Source: Elainellaceae cyanobacterium
GTDB taxonomy: Bacteria > Cyanobacteriota > Cyanobacteriia > CAZCXK01
Direction of reading: 5' to 3'
Length of the DNA: 47,735 nucleotides
Assembly: GCA_051117555.1 (NCBI GenBank)
Contig: JBNPEG010000154.1
Span: forward strand, 1-47,735
Positions 10,291 through 21,729 of the stretch are shown here, piece after piece (position 1 is the first letter of the stretch; each line of letters starts with the position of its first letter). The notes under the pieces were generated by a model. It was not told the origin of the DNA and did no database searches. It saw only the letters and a program-made list of their open reading frames with translations. The position numbers and the translations under genes are program-made.

Positions 10291-10506
10291 TCATATTTGA
10301 TGAGTATCGTCGTCGGGGAGAACCCACTTGGGTGGCTCCGTCATTTTTTTCATGACGGCTTCTTGGGCGATCGCCAACATATCATCTAACGAGGTTTCGT
10401 GGATGAATTTCGATGCTTGCTCCTTATACTCCAAATTAGGGCATCGATCTCCTAAGACGCAGCCATTCACACAGGCTTCTGCACAATTAACTTGAGCGGG
10501 GTTCAT
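10291..10506 (-). CDS. Small Cys-rich conserved cyanobacterial protein
   Basis: CxxxCxxGCxxGxxCP motif; GGAGG RBS upstream on the minus strand. Confidence 0.7.
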   Translation of the reverse strand: MNPAQVNCAEACVNGCVLGDRCPNLEYKEQASKFIHETSLDDMLAIAQEAVMKKMTEPPKWVLPDDDTHQI

Positions 10507-10702
10507 TTAATGTGTCCTCCTGCTATCCAGAATCACAAATCGCACATTAACAAAAATCACATGATCGTGCATAGCTTATCAGTGTGCGGTGCGAGTCGCT
10601 ACTAACCATTTCTTCCGCGCTGGTTCCGATCGTAGCGCACTCCGCTAGGGGATGGGGTAAGGGGTAGCTCGCATAAATGCAGAACCAATCGTCGATGATG
10701 CG

Positions 10703-11920
10703 TCAGTCTGGCAGCTTATATTGCCCGACGATTCGCTGCGCAAATTCTGGCACATGAGCCTCAAGTTTTTGGGGATAATGCCGTTTGACATAGAGATAAT
10801 TGCGCGTGAAGTGAGAATCGATGGAAAAACGAGCATACTCGAGTCCTTTAGGCCCGATTTTTTCGATAACGATGCCCATAAGTTTGGCTGCCCACATTGG
10901 CAATGTCACGCCTTTGTCGTAGGCGGGTATGCTTTGCTGAACAGCATTTTGGCGATCGCCAGCTGACATCACGGGTTGCGTATCTAACTGATCCATGACG
11001 AGATCTAGCATCTCTTGTCCGCGATCGTTGCGAACGACAATCCATTGCCAGCCAAAGGGGGCTCCCATGTAGCCCACTACCAAATCGGCTAGAGAATTGA
11101 CATAGTCAAAACAGCTCATACACGACGGCGCAAACACATCTTTAAGCTGGTTCGTCTTTAAGCCAAAGAAGGGTACCTTCTCAATCGAGCCATCCTCATG
11201 CTTAAAATGAACTTGAAAATCCTGCATAAACTCGTAATGCACAACTGTCTCAGGCGATCGGCTGGTGGTCTCCAAGAATTTCTGAAGTCCAGCGCGGGTC
11301 ACGTTATCGACGCACGGGGTGCCTAATACATATAGCTTTTCTAACCCGAGCGTTTGCTCGACGGCTCGAAGCGCCTGAATCTGACACCCAACCCCAATCA
11401 CTAACACCCGTTTCATGCCAGACTGTTCAATCTGCTCTAGAACTGACAGATTGGGGGACAGGGTTGGCTTATTGACGCGCGCGGCTAAAATCTCCTCGGG
11501 TGTACGAGCGACGATGGGCATCGGTTGAAAGCGGTCGTCGGCGGTATTTTGGACGCAAACCACGCCTTCGACTAGCCCTCGATTCAACATCTCGATCGCC
11601 ACCGTGCTGACAATTCCCGTCCATTGAGCGCCATCAATGGGTTCTTTTTTGCGAGCTGCCATCATGGTCTGGCGCACCCCAAAATACCAATCATCAGAGA
11701 TATCTAGATCGCGCGATCGCCCATGGGTTTGTTCTTCAAGATTGGCAATTTGCTGATTGAGGAATGCGCACGCCTCTTTGACATAGTGAATATAGTGGGT
11801 GTCGCATAGACCACACTCACTGCAAAGAGCTTTCGCCGGACGAGCTTTCCCGGGTGGAAGTGCCTTTGCTTTTTGATGAGGCTGAGATAGACCAACAGAT
11901 TGAGGCTGCACCACAGTCAT
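10703..11920 (-). CDS. bciB: Ferredoxin-dependent 8-vinyl (divinyl chlorophyllide) reductase, F420 hydrogenase beta-subunit family
   Basis: CSECGLC, GAQWTG, GVGCQ, GTPCVDN and SCMSCFDY Fe-S/FAD motifs typical of the slr1923-type protein. Confidence 0.85.
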   Translation of the reverse strand: MTVVQPQSVGLSQPHQKAKALPPGKARPAKALCSECGLCDTHYIHYVKEACAFLNQQIANLEEQTHGRSRDLDISDDWYFGVRQTMMAARKKEPIDGAQWTGIVSTVAIEMLNRGLVEGVVCVQNTADDRFQPMPIVARTPEEILAARVNKPTLSPNLSVLEQIEQSGMKRVLVIGVGCQIQALRAVEQTLGLEKLYVLGTPCVDNVTRAGLQKFLETTSRSPETVVHYEFMQDFQVHFKHEDGSIEKVPFFGLKTNQLKDVFAPSCMSCFDYVNSLADLVVGYMGAPFGWQWIVVRNDRGQEMLDLVMDQLDTQPVMSAGDRQNAVQQSIPAYDKGVTLPMWAAKLMGIVIEKIGPKGLEYARFSIDSHFTRNYLYVKRHYPQKLEAHVPEFAQRIVGQYKLPD

Positions 11921-12035
11921 ATAAAACCAGGATTATTAAATACTGCAACTGAACGGCTTTAATGATTCATCCTACAAGAAGAAAGGGGGCGAGGCTTTGA
12001 AATATTACGATTTAGTAAAGCAGGAGACACGTTCA

Positions 12036-13562
12036 TCATCGGGGTGAATTGCCTGATCGAGAGTGGCCGATTGCCCGGACAGAGCGAGTAAACCAGGCAA
12101 ACAGAATCAGCACTGAAATGATTTCTAAACGCCCCATCCACATCAGCAGCATTAGCGTCAGTTTTCCTAACCAAAATAGATCTGGATTGGCAATGCCGAT
12201 CGATAAGCCGGAGGTGCCCAGTGCTGATGCAGCCTCGAAGAGAACGTCAGATAGTCGGTAGGTTGGCTCAACAGCATGAAATAAAACAACGGTTCCCACT
12301 CCCAGTAGGGTCAACCAGAGCGTTGCTAAGACGGTTGCCGATTTTAAGTGACGGTGGGCTTCGATTTCTGACAGCACGGTTCCGTCTATTTCGTAGCGAA
12401 GCTCATCAGGCGATTCTCGATACATCAACCGGAGATGCCACACCACGGATTTGTACAGGACTGCAACGCGATCGAGCTTTAACCCCCCCACCGTTGAGCC
12501 TGATATCGCCCCAAAGACCATGGCTAGGCTCATCATCAGCGCAGCGATCGGGCTCCAATTTTCTTCCTGAATGGTACTTAATCCGCACGTTGTCAGGGCA
12601 GATGTCCATTGAAATGCGCTATCTAACCACTGCCAAGACCCTGCAAACCAGTAATGTTCGAACAGCAGTACAAGGGTGCCAGTGCTGAGCAAGAACCAAA
12701 AAACACGATGACGGGTATCAATCCAAAGGGCAGAGAGTTGCCGATGTCTGAGCAGGCGCGTATGGGTTAAGAAGCTGACAGCCCCTGTGATCATGATGAG
12801 AATTGTCACAATTTGGACTGAGGCGCTATAAGTCTGAAAGCTATTGCCTGTGATGGCAAAGCCGCCAGTGGCGATCGCCGTTAGCCCATGATTGACGGCT
12901 GCCCACCCAGGCATGCCAACTAACTTGAGCAACAGAATGCTCAAGCCAGTGTACAGGAGATAAATTTTCCAGATTTCTTGGGCGGTTTGTCGAAGGCTCG
13001 GAGCCAATTTTTCTTCCCGTGCTTCGGCTGAATACAGTTGGCTAATGTTTGCGCTTGGTTCTAGAACGGTGAGAGTTAATACGATCAGCCCGACTCCTCC
13101 AATCCATTGCGTAAACGAACGCCACCACTGCAAACAGTGCGGCAACTGGCTAGAGTCTCGCGCCATCGTCAGTCCTGTGCTTGTGAAGCCAGAGACAGAT
13201 TCAAAGAGCGCATTCCAGACATTTTGAAATTCTCGAACCGTTTGCGGCGTCTCTGGCAGACTCGATAAATGAAACGCAATCAGCAGATAGGGAATGGCAC
13301 CTAGGAGAAATAAAATTAACCAGCTCAGCGCCACAATCAACAGCGCCTGCCGAAATTGGGCAGCTTTTTCTCGCCGAAATCGACGATAAAGCCACTGCCC
13401 AATACCGATAGAAATAATTGCGGTTAGAAGAAACGCCAGAATCGCATAATATTCGTTGAATACTATACATACCGGGATCGATACGAGTGCCATGACTCCA
13501 GGCACTTGCATCAGCAATCCTAAAGCTCTGAGGGGCGTTTTGTTCTGTTTACCAACCTGCAA
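12036..13562 (-). CDS. trkH: TrkH family K+ uptake membrane protein
   Basis: Four pore loops (SGFTSTG, AIATGGF, ALTTCG, ALGTSGLS), plus GSTVGGLK and MWMGRLE. Confidence 0.9.
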   Translation of the reverse strand: MQVGKQNKTPLRALGLLMQVPGVMALVSIPVCIVFNEYYAILAFLLTAIISIGIGQWLYRRFRREKAAQFRQALLIVALSWLILFLLGAIPYLLIAFHLSSLPETPQTVREFQNVWNALFESVSGFTSTGLTMARDSSQLPHCLQWWRSFTQWIGGVGLIVLTLTVLEPSANISQLYSAEAREEKLAPSLRQTAQEIWKIYLLYTGLSILLLKLVGMPGWAAVNHGLTAIATGGFAITGNSFQTYSASVQIVTILIMITGAVSFLTHTRLLRHRQLSALWIDTRHRVFWFLLSTGTLVLLFEHYWFAGSWQWLDSAFQWTSALTTCGLSTIQEENWSPIAALMMSLAMVFGAISGSTVGGLKLDRVAVLYKSVVWHLRLMYRESPDELRYEIDGTVLSEIEAHRHLKSATVLATLWLTLLGVGTVVLFHAVEPTYRLSDVLFEAASALGTSGLSIGIANPDLFWLGKLTLMLLMWMGRLEIISVLILFAWFTRSVRAIGHSRSGNSPR

Positions 13563-13649
13563 CTGACTTTAATCACGCGACACCTATGACTTTAAGCAGG
13601 CGTCCTTGGGTTGTCATGGTTCGCAGGTGTAATGTTGAATAGTGCGCCA

Positions 13650-13684
13650 AATAATAAGCCCCGGCTATATATAGGTGCCGGGGC
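13650..13684 (-). terminator. Intrinsic terminator-like hairpin
   Basis: GCCCCGGC / GCCGGGGC 8-bp stem (13658-13684), followed by TTATTATTT on the minus strand. Confidence 0.7.
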
Positions 13685-13936
13685 GAAGTACTAATAGAGG
13701 TTTCGAATAGATTTTCAAATCCGCTTTGAACTTAAATCTATAGTAGGACGCTCTCTGTTAAGGAAAAATAATTCGGGCATAAACCATTGATGAAGATCTG
13801 GGAACAAATTTTTGAATATCGCAGTCTGCCCGCACTGGATCGCGCAGTCTTCTGAATTACGCAAAGCTTTGGGAGACGCATCCGGCACTCCCGACGGTAT
13901 GAGGCGTTCCTAAGATGCCGATGCGACGATGCCAAA

Positions 13937-14581
13937 TTAGGCGATCGCCACTGTGATGTCTCGAATTCGCTCAATGTGCTGGTGTAGCCCATCTACGTCG
14001 AGGCGATAGCTGAGCGGGTTGGCAATGAGTCGAGCCGTGCTTTCAAAAAGTGAGTCAATTTCGATTAAGTTGTTTTCTTTCAGCGTTCGTCCGGTTGCAA
14101 CTAAGTCAACAATTGCTTCTGACATCCCCGTAATTGGACCAAGTTCAACTGACCCATAAAGCGAGATGAGCTCAACGGGTAAATCAATCTGCTGAAAATA
14201 GTCACGGGCACAGTTAACAAACTTTGAGGCGACCCGGCAGTGGGGGGGCAAGTCGAGCGCAGAGCGATACGGACTAGAGGTTTTCACGGCAATCGACATG
14301 CGGCAGTTGCCAAATTTGAGATCGACGAGATGAGCAACTTGGGGCTGCTTTTCTCTCAAAATGTCGTACCCAACGATGCCAAGCTGAGCCTGTCCGTATT
14401 CCACATAGACAGGTACGTCATAATTACGCACCAGCAACGCTTTAGCACGGTGGGCTGAATCCCAAACTTCAAGCTGTCGATTAGAATCATCCAGCAGCAC
14501 GCTAAAATCTAGCCCGATTTGCTGGAGCAATCGAATACTGTCCTTTAAAAGTGCCCCTTTCGGGAGTGCAACCGTTAGCAT
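13937..14581 (-). CDS. hisG: ATP phosphoribosyltransferase, short form
   Basis: [21 protein letters not shown] and [11 protein letters not shown] motifs. Confidence 0.95.
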   Translation of the reverse strand: MLTVALPKGALLKDSIRLLQQIGLDFSVLLDDSNRQLEVWDSAHRAKALLVRNYDVPVYVEYGQAQLGIVGYDILREKQPQVAHLVDLKFGNCRMSIAVKTSSPYRSALDLPPHCRVASKFVNCARDYFQQIDLPVELISLYGSVELGPITGMSEAIVDLVATGRTLKENNLIEIDSLFESTARLIANPLSYRLDVDGLHQHIERIRDITVAIA

Positions 14582-14596
14582 AACCGTCAACGTATA

Positions 14597-15064
14597 TTAG
14601 ATTCCGGTTTGATAGGCAGGAGACGCTACCCACGAGATTGCGATACCGAGTGCTAGCCCAGCAATGACTTGAACCGGGGTATGCCCTAGCAATTCTTTTA
14701 GTCGGTTTTCGTTAAAGGTTGGGTGTTCTCGAAATAATTCGTCAATAATTTGATTGAGAATTCGAGCTTGGATGCCTGCGGCTTGCCTAACCCCTGCTGC
14801 ATCATACATGACAACGATCGCGACGACAAAAGCGATCGCAAATTCTGCGCTACTCCAGCCTATCGTTTGCCCAACTCCAGATGCTAATGCTGCCACCAGG
14901 GCTGAATGAGCACTGGGCATTCCACCTGTTTCAAAGACTGTTTTCACACTGACTTTGCCATACCGGACAAATTCAATCGGCAGTTTAAGCGCTTGAGCTG
15001 AGAGACAAGCTATCAGTGCAATGACCAACACTCGGTTGTCCAAGATATGCCAGAAGTCTTGCAT
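14597..15064 (-). CDS. Divergent PAP2 family protein (DUF212)
   Basis: GGMPSAHSA, VMYDAAGVR and LKELLGHTP motifs; usual partner of crtE. Confidence 0.9.
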   Translation of the reverse strand: MQDFWHILDNRVLVIALIACLSAQALKLPIEFVRYGKVSVKTVFETGGMPSAHSALVAALASGVGQTIGWSSAEFAIAFVVAIVVMYDAAGVRQAAGIQARILNQIIDELFREHPTFNENRLKELLGHTPVQVIAGLALGIAISWVASPAYQTGI

Positions 15065-15078
15065 GATCGTTTGTAAAT

Positions 15079-15999
15079 TTAATTCGTGCGGGCAACAATA
15101 AAGTCGGCGAGTGCCATCAGCGGCTGAGCAAGCCCACCAAACGGTTTAAGCTCGGTTTTGGCGGCAGCGATGAGCTGATGAGCTTTCTGTTTAGAGACAT
15201 CAATTCCCCAAATGCTGGGATAGGTAGCTTTTTGCGCTTGTAAATCTTTTCCGGCGGTTTTTCCAAGTTCGGCTTGCGTGGCGGTGATGTCTAAAATGTC
15301 ATCCACAATTTGGAAGGCTAGACCAATATACTGAGCATACCGAGATAGCCGTTGAACATCCTGTTGGCAGGCACCCGTCAGCACTGCGCCACACACCACC
15401 GACGCTTCTAGAAGCGCGGCTGTTTTATGCTGGTGGATAAAATCAAGGGTTTCAATCGACACATCGTGTTGTCCTTCAGATTCTAAATCGACCGACTGCC
15501 CGCCAACGAGGCCAGCGGCTCCTACAGCACGACCCAGCCGTGCAACCACATCTAAGATGAGGTTAGGGGACACGTTGTGGGTTTGAGTGGCGACAAATTC
15601 AAATGCGTAGGCGAGTAGCCCATCCCCCGCTAAAATGGCGATCGCTTCTCCGTATACCTTATGGTTGGTGAGTTTGCCTCGACGATAATCGTCATTATCC
15701 ATCGCCGGTAAATCGTCATGGATTAATGACATCGTATGAATCATTTCGAGGGCACAAGCCGTTGGCAGTGCCATATCAATGGTGCCACCCGTCATTTCGC
15801 AGGTCGCCAGACACAGAATGGGCCGCAGCCGCTTTCCTCCTGCCATCAGCGAGTAGCGCATTGCTTCATAAATTTGTTCTGGATAGACGACTGTAATGGA
15901 CTGCTCTAGGGCATGCTCAACCAAGGCTTTGCGCTGGGTCAAATAGTCCATCAAGTCAAAGTTGGATTGGGATGAACGGGTATCGTCTGTCACGACCAT
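15079..15999 (-). CDS. crtE: Geranylgeranyl diphosphate synthase
   Basis: [21 protein letters not shown] and FQIVDDILD motifs; folD-crtE-DUF212 synteny. Confidence 0.93.
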   Translation of the reverse strand: MVVTDDTRSSQSNFDLMDYLTQRKALVEHALEQSITVVYPEQIYEAMRYSLMAGGKRLRPILCLATCEMTGGTIDMALPTACALEMIHTMSLIHDDLPAMDNDDYRRGKLTNHKVYGEAIAILAGDGLLAYAFEFVATQTHNVSPNLILDVVARLGRAVGAAGLVGGQSVDLESEGQHDVSIETLDFIHQHKTAALLEASVVCGAVLTGACQQDVQRLSRYAQYIGLAFQIVDDILDITATQAELGKTAGKDLQAQKATYPSIWGIDVSKQKAHQLIAAAKTELKPFGGLAQPLMALADFIVARTN

Positions 16000-16085
16000 G
16001 CTTTTAGAACTAGTCATATCCTCAACTATATTCGCAGGAAATTGTGGCTTAGGCGAAACTCGGTGACTGAACTCAGGATATTGCA

Positions 16086-16952
16086 TCAAAGTTGAAGGCG
16101 CTGGCGAAAACTCCAGACTGTGTTGTACAACAGCATCGTGACCGTCATCGGCCCTACACCGCCAGGCACAGGCGTAATCCAGTCTGAGACGGCATAAACC
16201 TCATCAAACTGCACATCTCCCACGAGGCGAGTTTTACCGGTGCGATCGCTGACTCGGTTTATCCCAACATCGACAACCACTGCGCCCGGTTTGACCATCT
16301 CGCGGGTGATGAATCCGGCGCGACCCACCGCTGCGACTAGAATATCGGCACTTTGGGCGATCGCCCCTAGATCTTGAGTTTGAGAATGCGCTATGGTCAC
16401 GGTTGCATCGGCTGCCACCAGCAGCATCGCCATCGGCTTGCCCACCAAAATGCTGCGTCCGATGACGACAGCCTGTTTCCCCTTGAGAGAAATGTTGTAC
16501 TCGTTTAGGAGACGCATGACACCGGCGGGCGTGCAGCTCTGTAATCCGGCTTCTCCTCTCAAAAGCTGCCCCATATTGTAAGGGTGGAGCCCATCGGCAT
16601 CTTTTTCAGGGACAATCTGATTGAGGAGTGCCACGGCATCGAGATGGGCAGGCAACGGCAGTTGTACTAGAATTCCATCGACATGGTCATTTTGATTGAG
16701 AGCCTCGATGGTTTGCTCTAGTTCGGTTTGAGAGGTTTCGGTCGGAAAATGCTGACCATACGACGCAATGCCAACCCGCGCACATGCCTTTTCTTTGCCG
16801 CGCACATAGGCGGCGCTGGCCGGGTTATCGCCGACCATCAAGACGGCTAACCCAGGGGGGCGACCCGCAATTTTGCTGAGCGTTTGCGCCTGTTGAGCCA
16901 AATCAGTCTGAATTGTCTTCGCTAACGCTTTACCATCCAATAGATCAGCCAT
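16086..16952 (-). CDS. folD: Methylenetetrahydrofolate dehydrogenase/cyclohydrolase
   Basis: [31 protein letters not shown] and [11 protein letters not shown] motifs. Confidence 0.96.
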   Translation of the reverse strand: MADLLDGKALAKTIQTDLAQQAQTLSKIAGRPPGLAVLMVGDNPASAAYVRGKEKACARVGIASYGQHFPTETSQTELEQTIEALNQNDHVDGILVQLPLPAHLDAVALLNQIVPEKDADGLHPYNMGQLLRGEAGLQSCTPAGVMRLLNEYNISLKGKQAVVIGRSILVGKPMAMLLVAADATVTIAHSQTQDLGAIAQSADILVAAVGRAGFITREMVKPGAVVVDVGINRVSDRTGKTRLVGDVQFDEVYAVSDWITPVPGGVGPMTVTMLLYNTVWSFRQRLQL

Positions 16953-17100
16953 GCTGAAGTAGAGTAGAGTGAGATTAGGGTTCGGTGTCTATAATGAGCG
17001 GTTTAACTCTCATATAGTGTCTCAGATTTGGTTACGCGTTTGAGAAGAATGAGTCAAACCCTTAAAAATTCAACGCACTGACTCATCAATGCACTGACTG

Positions 17101-17553
17101 ATGGATAGATCAAATTTGAAGTGTAACGGGATGGCTGTGTACCGTTCTTCTGTAAGAAGTTGGCTGGGGGGGTGGCTGGGGGGATTCATTCTTTTGTTTG
17201 GAATCCAAGCGTGTAGCCCGTTTATGTCTTCTGACTGGGGAGTGTTTGCATTCGATTGGTTTCGCAGAGTTCGTTCTGTTGAGTCGATTGATACGCGTTC
17301 GGCTGCTGGACAGACCGTTTATCTCCAGGGAACAGTAGGCGATCGCATTCCCTTGATCGACGCCCAGGTCTATCAACTGCGCGATGATTCCGGTACGATT
17401 TGGGTGCTCACCTCCGATTCTCAGCTTCAGTCGGGCGATCGCGTGCGGATTTTGGGAGAGGTGCGTGTTCAAGACTTCCCCGAACTTGGAAAAGACGCTA
17501 GCGACATCTATATTTATGAATTAGACCAGCTAGAACCCCTCGTAGATGAGTAG
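17101..17553 (+). CDS. Putative exported/lipoprotein with an OB-fold domain
   Basis: Hydrophobic N-region ending IQAC; VYLQGTV...YQLRDDSGTIWV...GDRVRILGEV. Confidence 0.65.
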   Translation: MDRSNLKCNGMAVYRSSVRSWLGGWLGGFILLFGIQACSPFMSSDWGVFAFDWFRRVRSVESIDTRSAAGQTVYLQGTVGDRIPLIDAQVYQLRDDSGTIWVLTSDSQLQSGDRVRILGEVRVQDFPELGKDASDIYIYELDQLEPLVDE

Positions 17554-17596
17554 GCAAATTGTGACTTTTATCCCCGTCATGACCGTCTGATTTCCT

Positions 17597-18043
17597 ATGC
17601 CGCTAGCCGCTGATGCTCGACCTAGAGTCGTCGGAGCCATCCTCAGACAAAACGACCAATTTCTCATGCAGCTCCGCGATGACATTCCGACCATTGCGTA
17701 TCCGGGACACTGGGCGTTTTTTGGTGGGCATATCGAACCTGGAGAAACGCCTGAAGCAAGTATGAGGCGAGAGCTCCTCGAAGAAATTGGATACTGTCCC
17801 TCGATGCTGACTGAAATTGGCTGCTATGACAATTTAAACGTGATTCGATATGTCTTTTATGGATTATTAGACATTTCCATTGATAGACTAGTCCTCGGTG
17901 AAGGATGGGACTTAGACTTGTTTACGAGTGAGCACATTCACCAAGGCTATCGGTTTTCCAATCGAGCCAAAAAGATATGCCCGATCGGACTGCCTCACCA
18001 ACAAATTTTGCTCGATTTTTTGCAGCAGAGTGACGGGGTTTGA
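17597..18043 (+). CDS. NUDIX hydrolase
   Basis: Nudix box GGHIEPGETPEASMRRELLEEIG. Confidence 0.92.
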   Translation: MPLAADARPRVVGAILRQNDQFLMQLRDDIPTIAYPGHWAFFGGHIEPGETPEASMRRELLEEIGYCPSMLTEIGCYDNLNVIRYVFYGLLDISIDRLVLGEGWDLDLFTSEHIHQGYRFSNRAKKICPIGLPHQQILLDFLQQSDGV

Positions 18044-18096
18044 CGAATTAACCTGAGCACTAATCAAACTGGCACTCCATACGATAGGAACGCTCC

Positions 18097-18861
18097 ATGG
18101 TCAACTCAGCATCTCGACAGCTTGATCGATTAGGTCAAACGGGTCGGATTGACCCCGATGACTATCAGATTCGAGAGAGTAAACGTGCAAAGCATGTGTC
18201 GATCAAAGTGTCTCATTTGGGTGAGGTTGAAGTTGTTGTCCCGCCTCAGTTCGATCGTCGTGAGTTGGCTAAAATTTTGGCACAGCGACAACGTTGGATT
18301 GAGAAACACCTCCATCGAATCGCGGCAGAGAGGCGATCGCTCTCTCCCAAGCCTGAAGACCCTTTGCCTGCTCAGATTTTGCTGCGATCGCTCTCCGAAG
18401 AGTGGACGATTGATTATCAACTGACTCAACGGGTCGCTCCGTCCATCTCAGTTCCGCAGCCGGGGCGTCTTGTTCTCCGCACCCTGGATATCTCACCAGA
18501 TATCTGCTATCCCCTATTGCGCCACTGGCTGAGTCAGCAAGCGAGAATTCACTTTGACCCTTGGCTTCAAGACATTAGTCAAACCATTCAACTGTCGTAC
18601 AGCGCCATGTCTGTTCGGGGGCAAAAGACTCGATGGGCAAGCTGTTCAAGTCGCAAATCTATCAGCCTCAATTACAAGCTCTTGTTTCTGCCGCCTGCTC
18701 TGGTTCGCTATGTGTTTATTCACGAACTGTGTCACACGGTTCACCTGAATCATTCGACAAAGTTTTGGGCACTAGTGGGCGAAAAAGAGCCCCATTACAA
18801 ATCGCTCGATCGAGACTTGCGAACGGCATGGCGATATGTGCCGGAGTGGGTCGATCGGTAG
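18097..18861 (+). CDS. YgjP/DUF45-like Zn metallohydrolase (M48/SprT-like)
   Basis: QKTRWASCS, YVFIHELCH and NHSTKFW motifs. Confidence 0.88.
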   Translation: MVNSASRQLDRLGQTGRIDPDDYQIRESKRAKHVSIKVSHLGEVEVVVPPQFDRRELAKILAQRQRWIEKHLHRIAAERRSLSPKPEDPLPAQILLRSLSEEWTIDYQLTQRVAPSISVPQPGRLVLRTLDISPDICYPLLRHWLSQQARIHFDPWLQDISQTIQLSYSAMSVRGQKTRWASCSSRKSISLNYKLLFLPPALVRYVFIHELCHTVHLNHSTKFWALVGEKEPHYKSLDRDLRTAWRYVPEWVDR

Positions 18862-18920
18862 TCCGTAGAGCGTTGAATGATGGTTGCGAGTCAGCATTAT
18901 TTCTGATCACGATGGGGGGA

Positions 18921-20999
18921 CTACGATTGGGGGCGATCGCTCGGTTCTTTGACACGTGCCAAGACCTGAATCTTGCTCAGATTTCTCACCAGCCGCTTTG
19001 CTTGATGCTTAAATAGCGGAGTCGGTAACGTTTTGGGAAGATCCTTCATACAGTCTCGGGCGTCATGAATGCGACATCCTGAAATCAGAGCAATTTCAGT
19101 GCCGCCATCAAAGCTAGCCTGCGGAGTTAAGGCAGTTTCGATGACCACGTTCCACCGCCGAGGTGCCATTTCTGCTTGTTCGATGCGCTTCAACCCTTCA
19201 CGAGTCGCTAACACAATCAAGCGATCGCCCTCTCTCAGGCGAATATCGTCGGACGGCATGAATTTAGGAAGATCCTGCGCCAATTTTTGATAATAAATAG
19301 GCACCACATCGTACCCATACGCTACTTCTGACAGCAATAGCCCGTTCAACGTATCATCGGCTTCAATTCGATATTCAGTGACCAGCACGGTTGTATGGTC
19401 GAGTCGAAAGAGGCTGAGGACATTCTCACCAAATGCGGCTGCGACAAATGCCTCTGCGGAGAGGGCCGATACACAAAGCACCTGGGCATACGAAAAGAGC
19501 CCGGCGATATAGTTGCTAAATCGCTGGTCGTAGGTACGAATCACGATGCGGCTGTGGGGGTTGGCGTCGTGAACCATAAGCCCCATTTCCAAGTTCTGCA
19601 TCTCGTCTTCGGTGACGGCAATGATGCTCTTGGCCGACGATAGATTGGCCTGGGCGATCGCCTGACTCAGATCCCCCGAGATAATCGGAATCTGAGGGAG
19701 TAAATCTGGATCGGGAGTGCCTTGCATCATGCCGATCAGCGGTTGTTTGAACTCTTGCAGCAACGCGGCGACGCGCCGACCCACTCGCCCTAGCCCGATG
19801 ACCACAATGTGATTTTGCGGCGGTAATGGAGGACGCCGCCGCAAAAATTGCAGCCGCATGGTCAACAAATTCTCGGTTAATAGCGCATAGAGCACTCCGA
19901 CAAACGCCGTGCCTGCTAGCGTCAGTCCTAGACCAAAGAACCGCAACCACCAGGGAATGGGCACGGTCAATTCAAATTCGCTAAACAAATCGCCATAGCC
20001 GCCAAGCAATAAAACGACCGTGGCGTAGAATGCATCCGGTAAGCGGGTGCCTGGATAAAATAACCAGAATAAAAGTGTTCCAAGGCTCAACAATGCGATT
20101 ACGGTCACACCACACAGCGCGACGACGCGACGAATTTGATGGCGATCGCTCTGTCTCCAAAATTGGGTGAAGGTGCGTTTGAAACTCGCCCAATTCAAAT
20201 GCTGAATAATGTGCTGTAATCCTCTACTTTTGGTTCGAGTTACATCAGGAGTAGCGGAGGGTGCTTTCGTGAGGAGATATGGTGAAGCTTCAAGGGTGAT
20301 TAGCCAATCCCCCGTCCGAATGATGGCATCAGGATTCCAATCATAAAATTGGCTTGATGAATTGGATAGCTCACCCGATAACGATGCCGGACGATGCTTT
20401 AAAACCTGGCGGCGGCGGCTGTTTAGTTCATACACTTGACGCACATTGCACCAGCGATCGCTCGATTGAATCGTGCGCTGAATGACGTGCATGATTTGGT
20501 CATCGATGTTGAAAAATCCTAGAATCTCCTCATCGAGCGCCGTGAGGGCAAACGCTGACGCTGAAAGCTGAGTGGGCTCAAATGCTGCAAAGTTTTGAAG
20601 CTGTTGCTCTAAAAGCTGATTTAGATTCTGCTTAGACGATCGCACAACCAATCGAATGTCTGGATTGATTAGCCTGGCCGCAAACGCTGCTTCAATATTG
20701 ACGCGCTCATCGGATGTCACGAGTAACACCGCTCGACAAGTCTGGATTTGCGCTTTCTCTAGGATGTCGCTGCGTCGACAGTCTCCCGTCCATAATCCGT
20801 TTAAAGATTGAGGGATTGTCGGAATTTCCCAACTTTCTGGCGGGACTAAATCAACCGCATTCACCCGAACACCAAACTCTTTAAGCAGGGCAACACAATG
20901 TTGTCCCAAGCTCCCCAGTCCACACACCAAGATGCAGTCTAGCTCGTGACTGTAAGATAACGTGGGATTGGAATCCACAGGAGACGGCATGGGAATCAC
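18921..20999 (-). CDS. Potassium channel family protein with multiple TrkA-N/RCK domains
   Basis: Two Rossmann motifs (VCGLGSLG, VIGLGRVG) flank a 2-TM pore with GGYGD. Confidence 0.88.
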   Translation of the reverse strand: MIPMPSPVDSNPTLSYSHELDCILVCGLGSLGQHCVALLKEFGVRVNAVDLVPPESWEIPTIPQSLNGLWTGDCRRSDILEKAQIQTCRAVLLVTSDERVNIEAAFAARLINPDIRLVVRSSKQNLNQLLEQQLQNFAAFEPTQLSASAFALTALDEEILGFFNIDDQIMHVIQRTIQSSDRWCNVRQVYELNSRRRQVLKHRPASLSGELSNSSSQFYDWNPDAIIRTGDWLITLEASPYLLTKAPSATPDVTRTKSRGLQHIIQHLNWASFKRTFTQFWRQSDRHQIRRVVALCGVTVIALLSLGTLLFWLFYPGTRLPDAFYATVVLLLGGYGDLFSEFELTVPIPWWLRFFGLGLTLAGTAFVGVLYALLTENLLTMRLQFLRRRPPLPPQNHIVVIGLGRVGRRVAALLQEFKQPLIGMMQGTPDPDLLPQIPIISGDLSQAIAQANLSSAKSIIAVTEDEMQNLEMGLMVHDANPHSRIVIRTYDQRFSNYIAGLFSYAQVLCVSALSAEAFVAAAFGENVLSLFRLDHTTVLVTEYRIEADDTLNGLLLSEVAYGYDVVPIYYQKLAQDLPKFMPSDDIRLREGDRLIVLATREGLKRIEQAEMAPRRWNVVIETALTPQASFDGGTEIALISGCRIHDARDCMKDLPKTLPTPLFKHQAKRLVRNLSKIQVLARVKEPSDRPQS

Positions 21000-21084
21000 C
21001 CTCCGTGGTAAAAGAGATTTGCCATCATTGTATTTCTAATCTTGAGCGATTAGGATAGCCAAAGATGTGCTGAAATGACTGATA

Positions 21085-21729
21085 TTGTTAAAGAACTTGC
21101 GTGACCCGGTCGATTATTCCGAGGCGATCGCCCATTTGAGTGAGGCAGATTTGATTTTGGCTCGACTTATTGAGCGAGTCGGGCAGTGTCGCCTCGATGA
21201 GGCACAACAGACCGGAGATTTACTGTATTCTTTGTCGCGAACCATCATTCATCAGCAGCTTTCCATTAAAGTCGCTGCAACAATTCATCGTCGATTCCTT
21301 CAGCTTTATGCACCCCATCCGTATCCAACGGCTGATTTGATTCTCAGCACATCGGATGAAACCTTGAGAAGCGCAGGAATGTCCCGATCAAAAACTACTT
21401 ATCTCAAAGACCTTGCACAGAAAATCATAGACGGTCTGCCCGATGTGGATGAGCTTGCCACTCTTGATGATGAAACCATTATTGACATTCTCACTCAGGT
21501 AAAAGGCATCGGACGATGGTCAGCCCAGATGGTGCTCATTTTTCGACTCCATCGGCTTAACGTGCTGCCGACTGATGACCTCGGCGTTCGGACAGGCATC
21601 CGCATTCTCTATCAACTGAATGAACTGCCCAATAAAAAAAGCGTAGAACACATCGGGCAGCTTTGGCGACCCTATTGCTCAATCGCAGCCTGGTATCTGT
21701 GGCGCAGCCTTGATATGACGCAACCTTGA
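21085..21729 (+). CDS. DNA-3-methyladenine glycosylase (AlkA family, HhH-GPD)
   Basis: IIHQQLS, VKGIGRWSA, LPTDDLGV and WRPYCSIAAWYLW motifs. Confidence 0.9.
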   Translation: MLKNLRDPVDYSEAIAHLSEADLILARLIERVGQCRLDEAQQTGDLLYSLSRTIIHQQLSIKVAATIHRRFLQLYAPHPYPTADLILSTSDETLRSAGMSRSKTTYLKDLAQKIIDGLPDVDELATLDDETIIDILTQVKGIGRWSAQMVLIFRLHRLNVLPTDDLGVRTGIRILYQLNELPNKKSVEHIGQLWRPYCSIAAWYLWRSLDMTQP

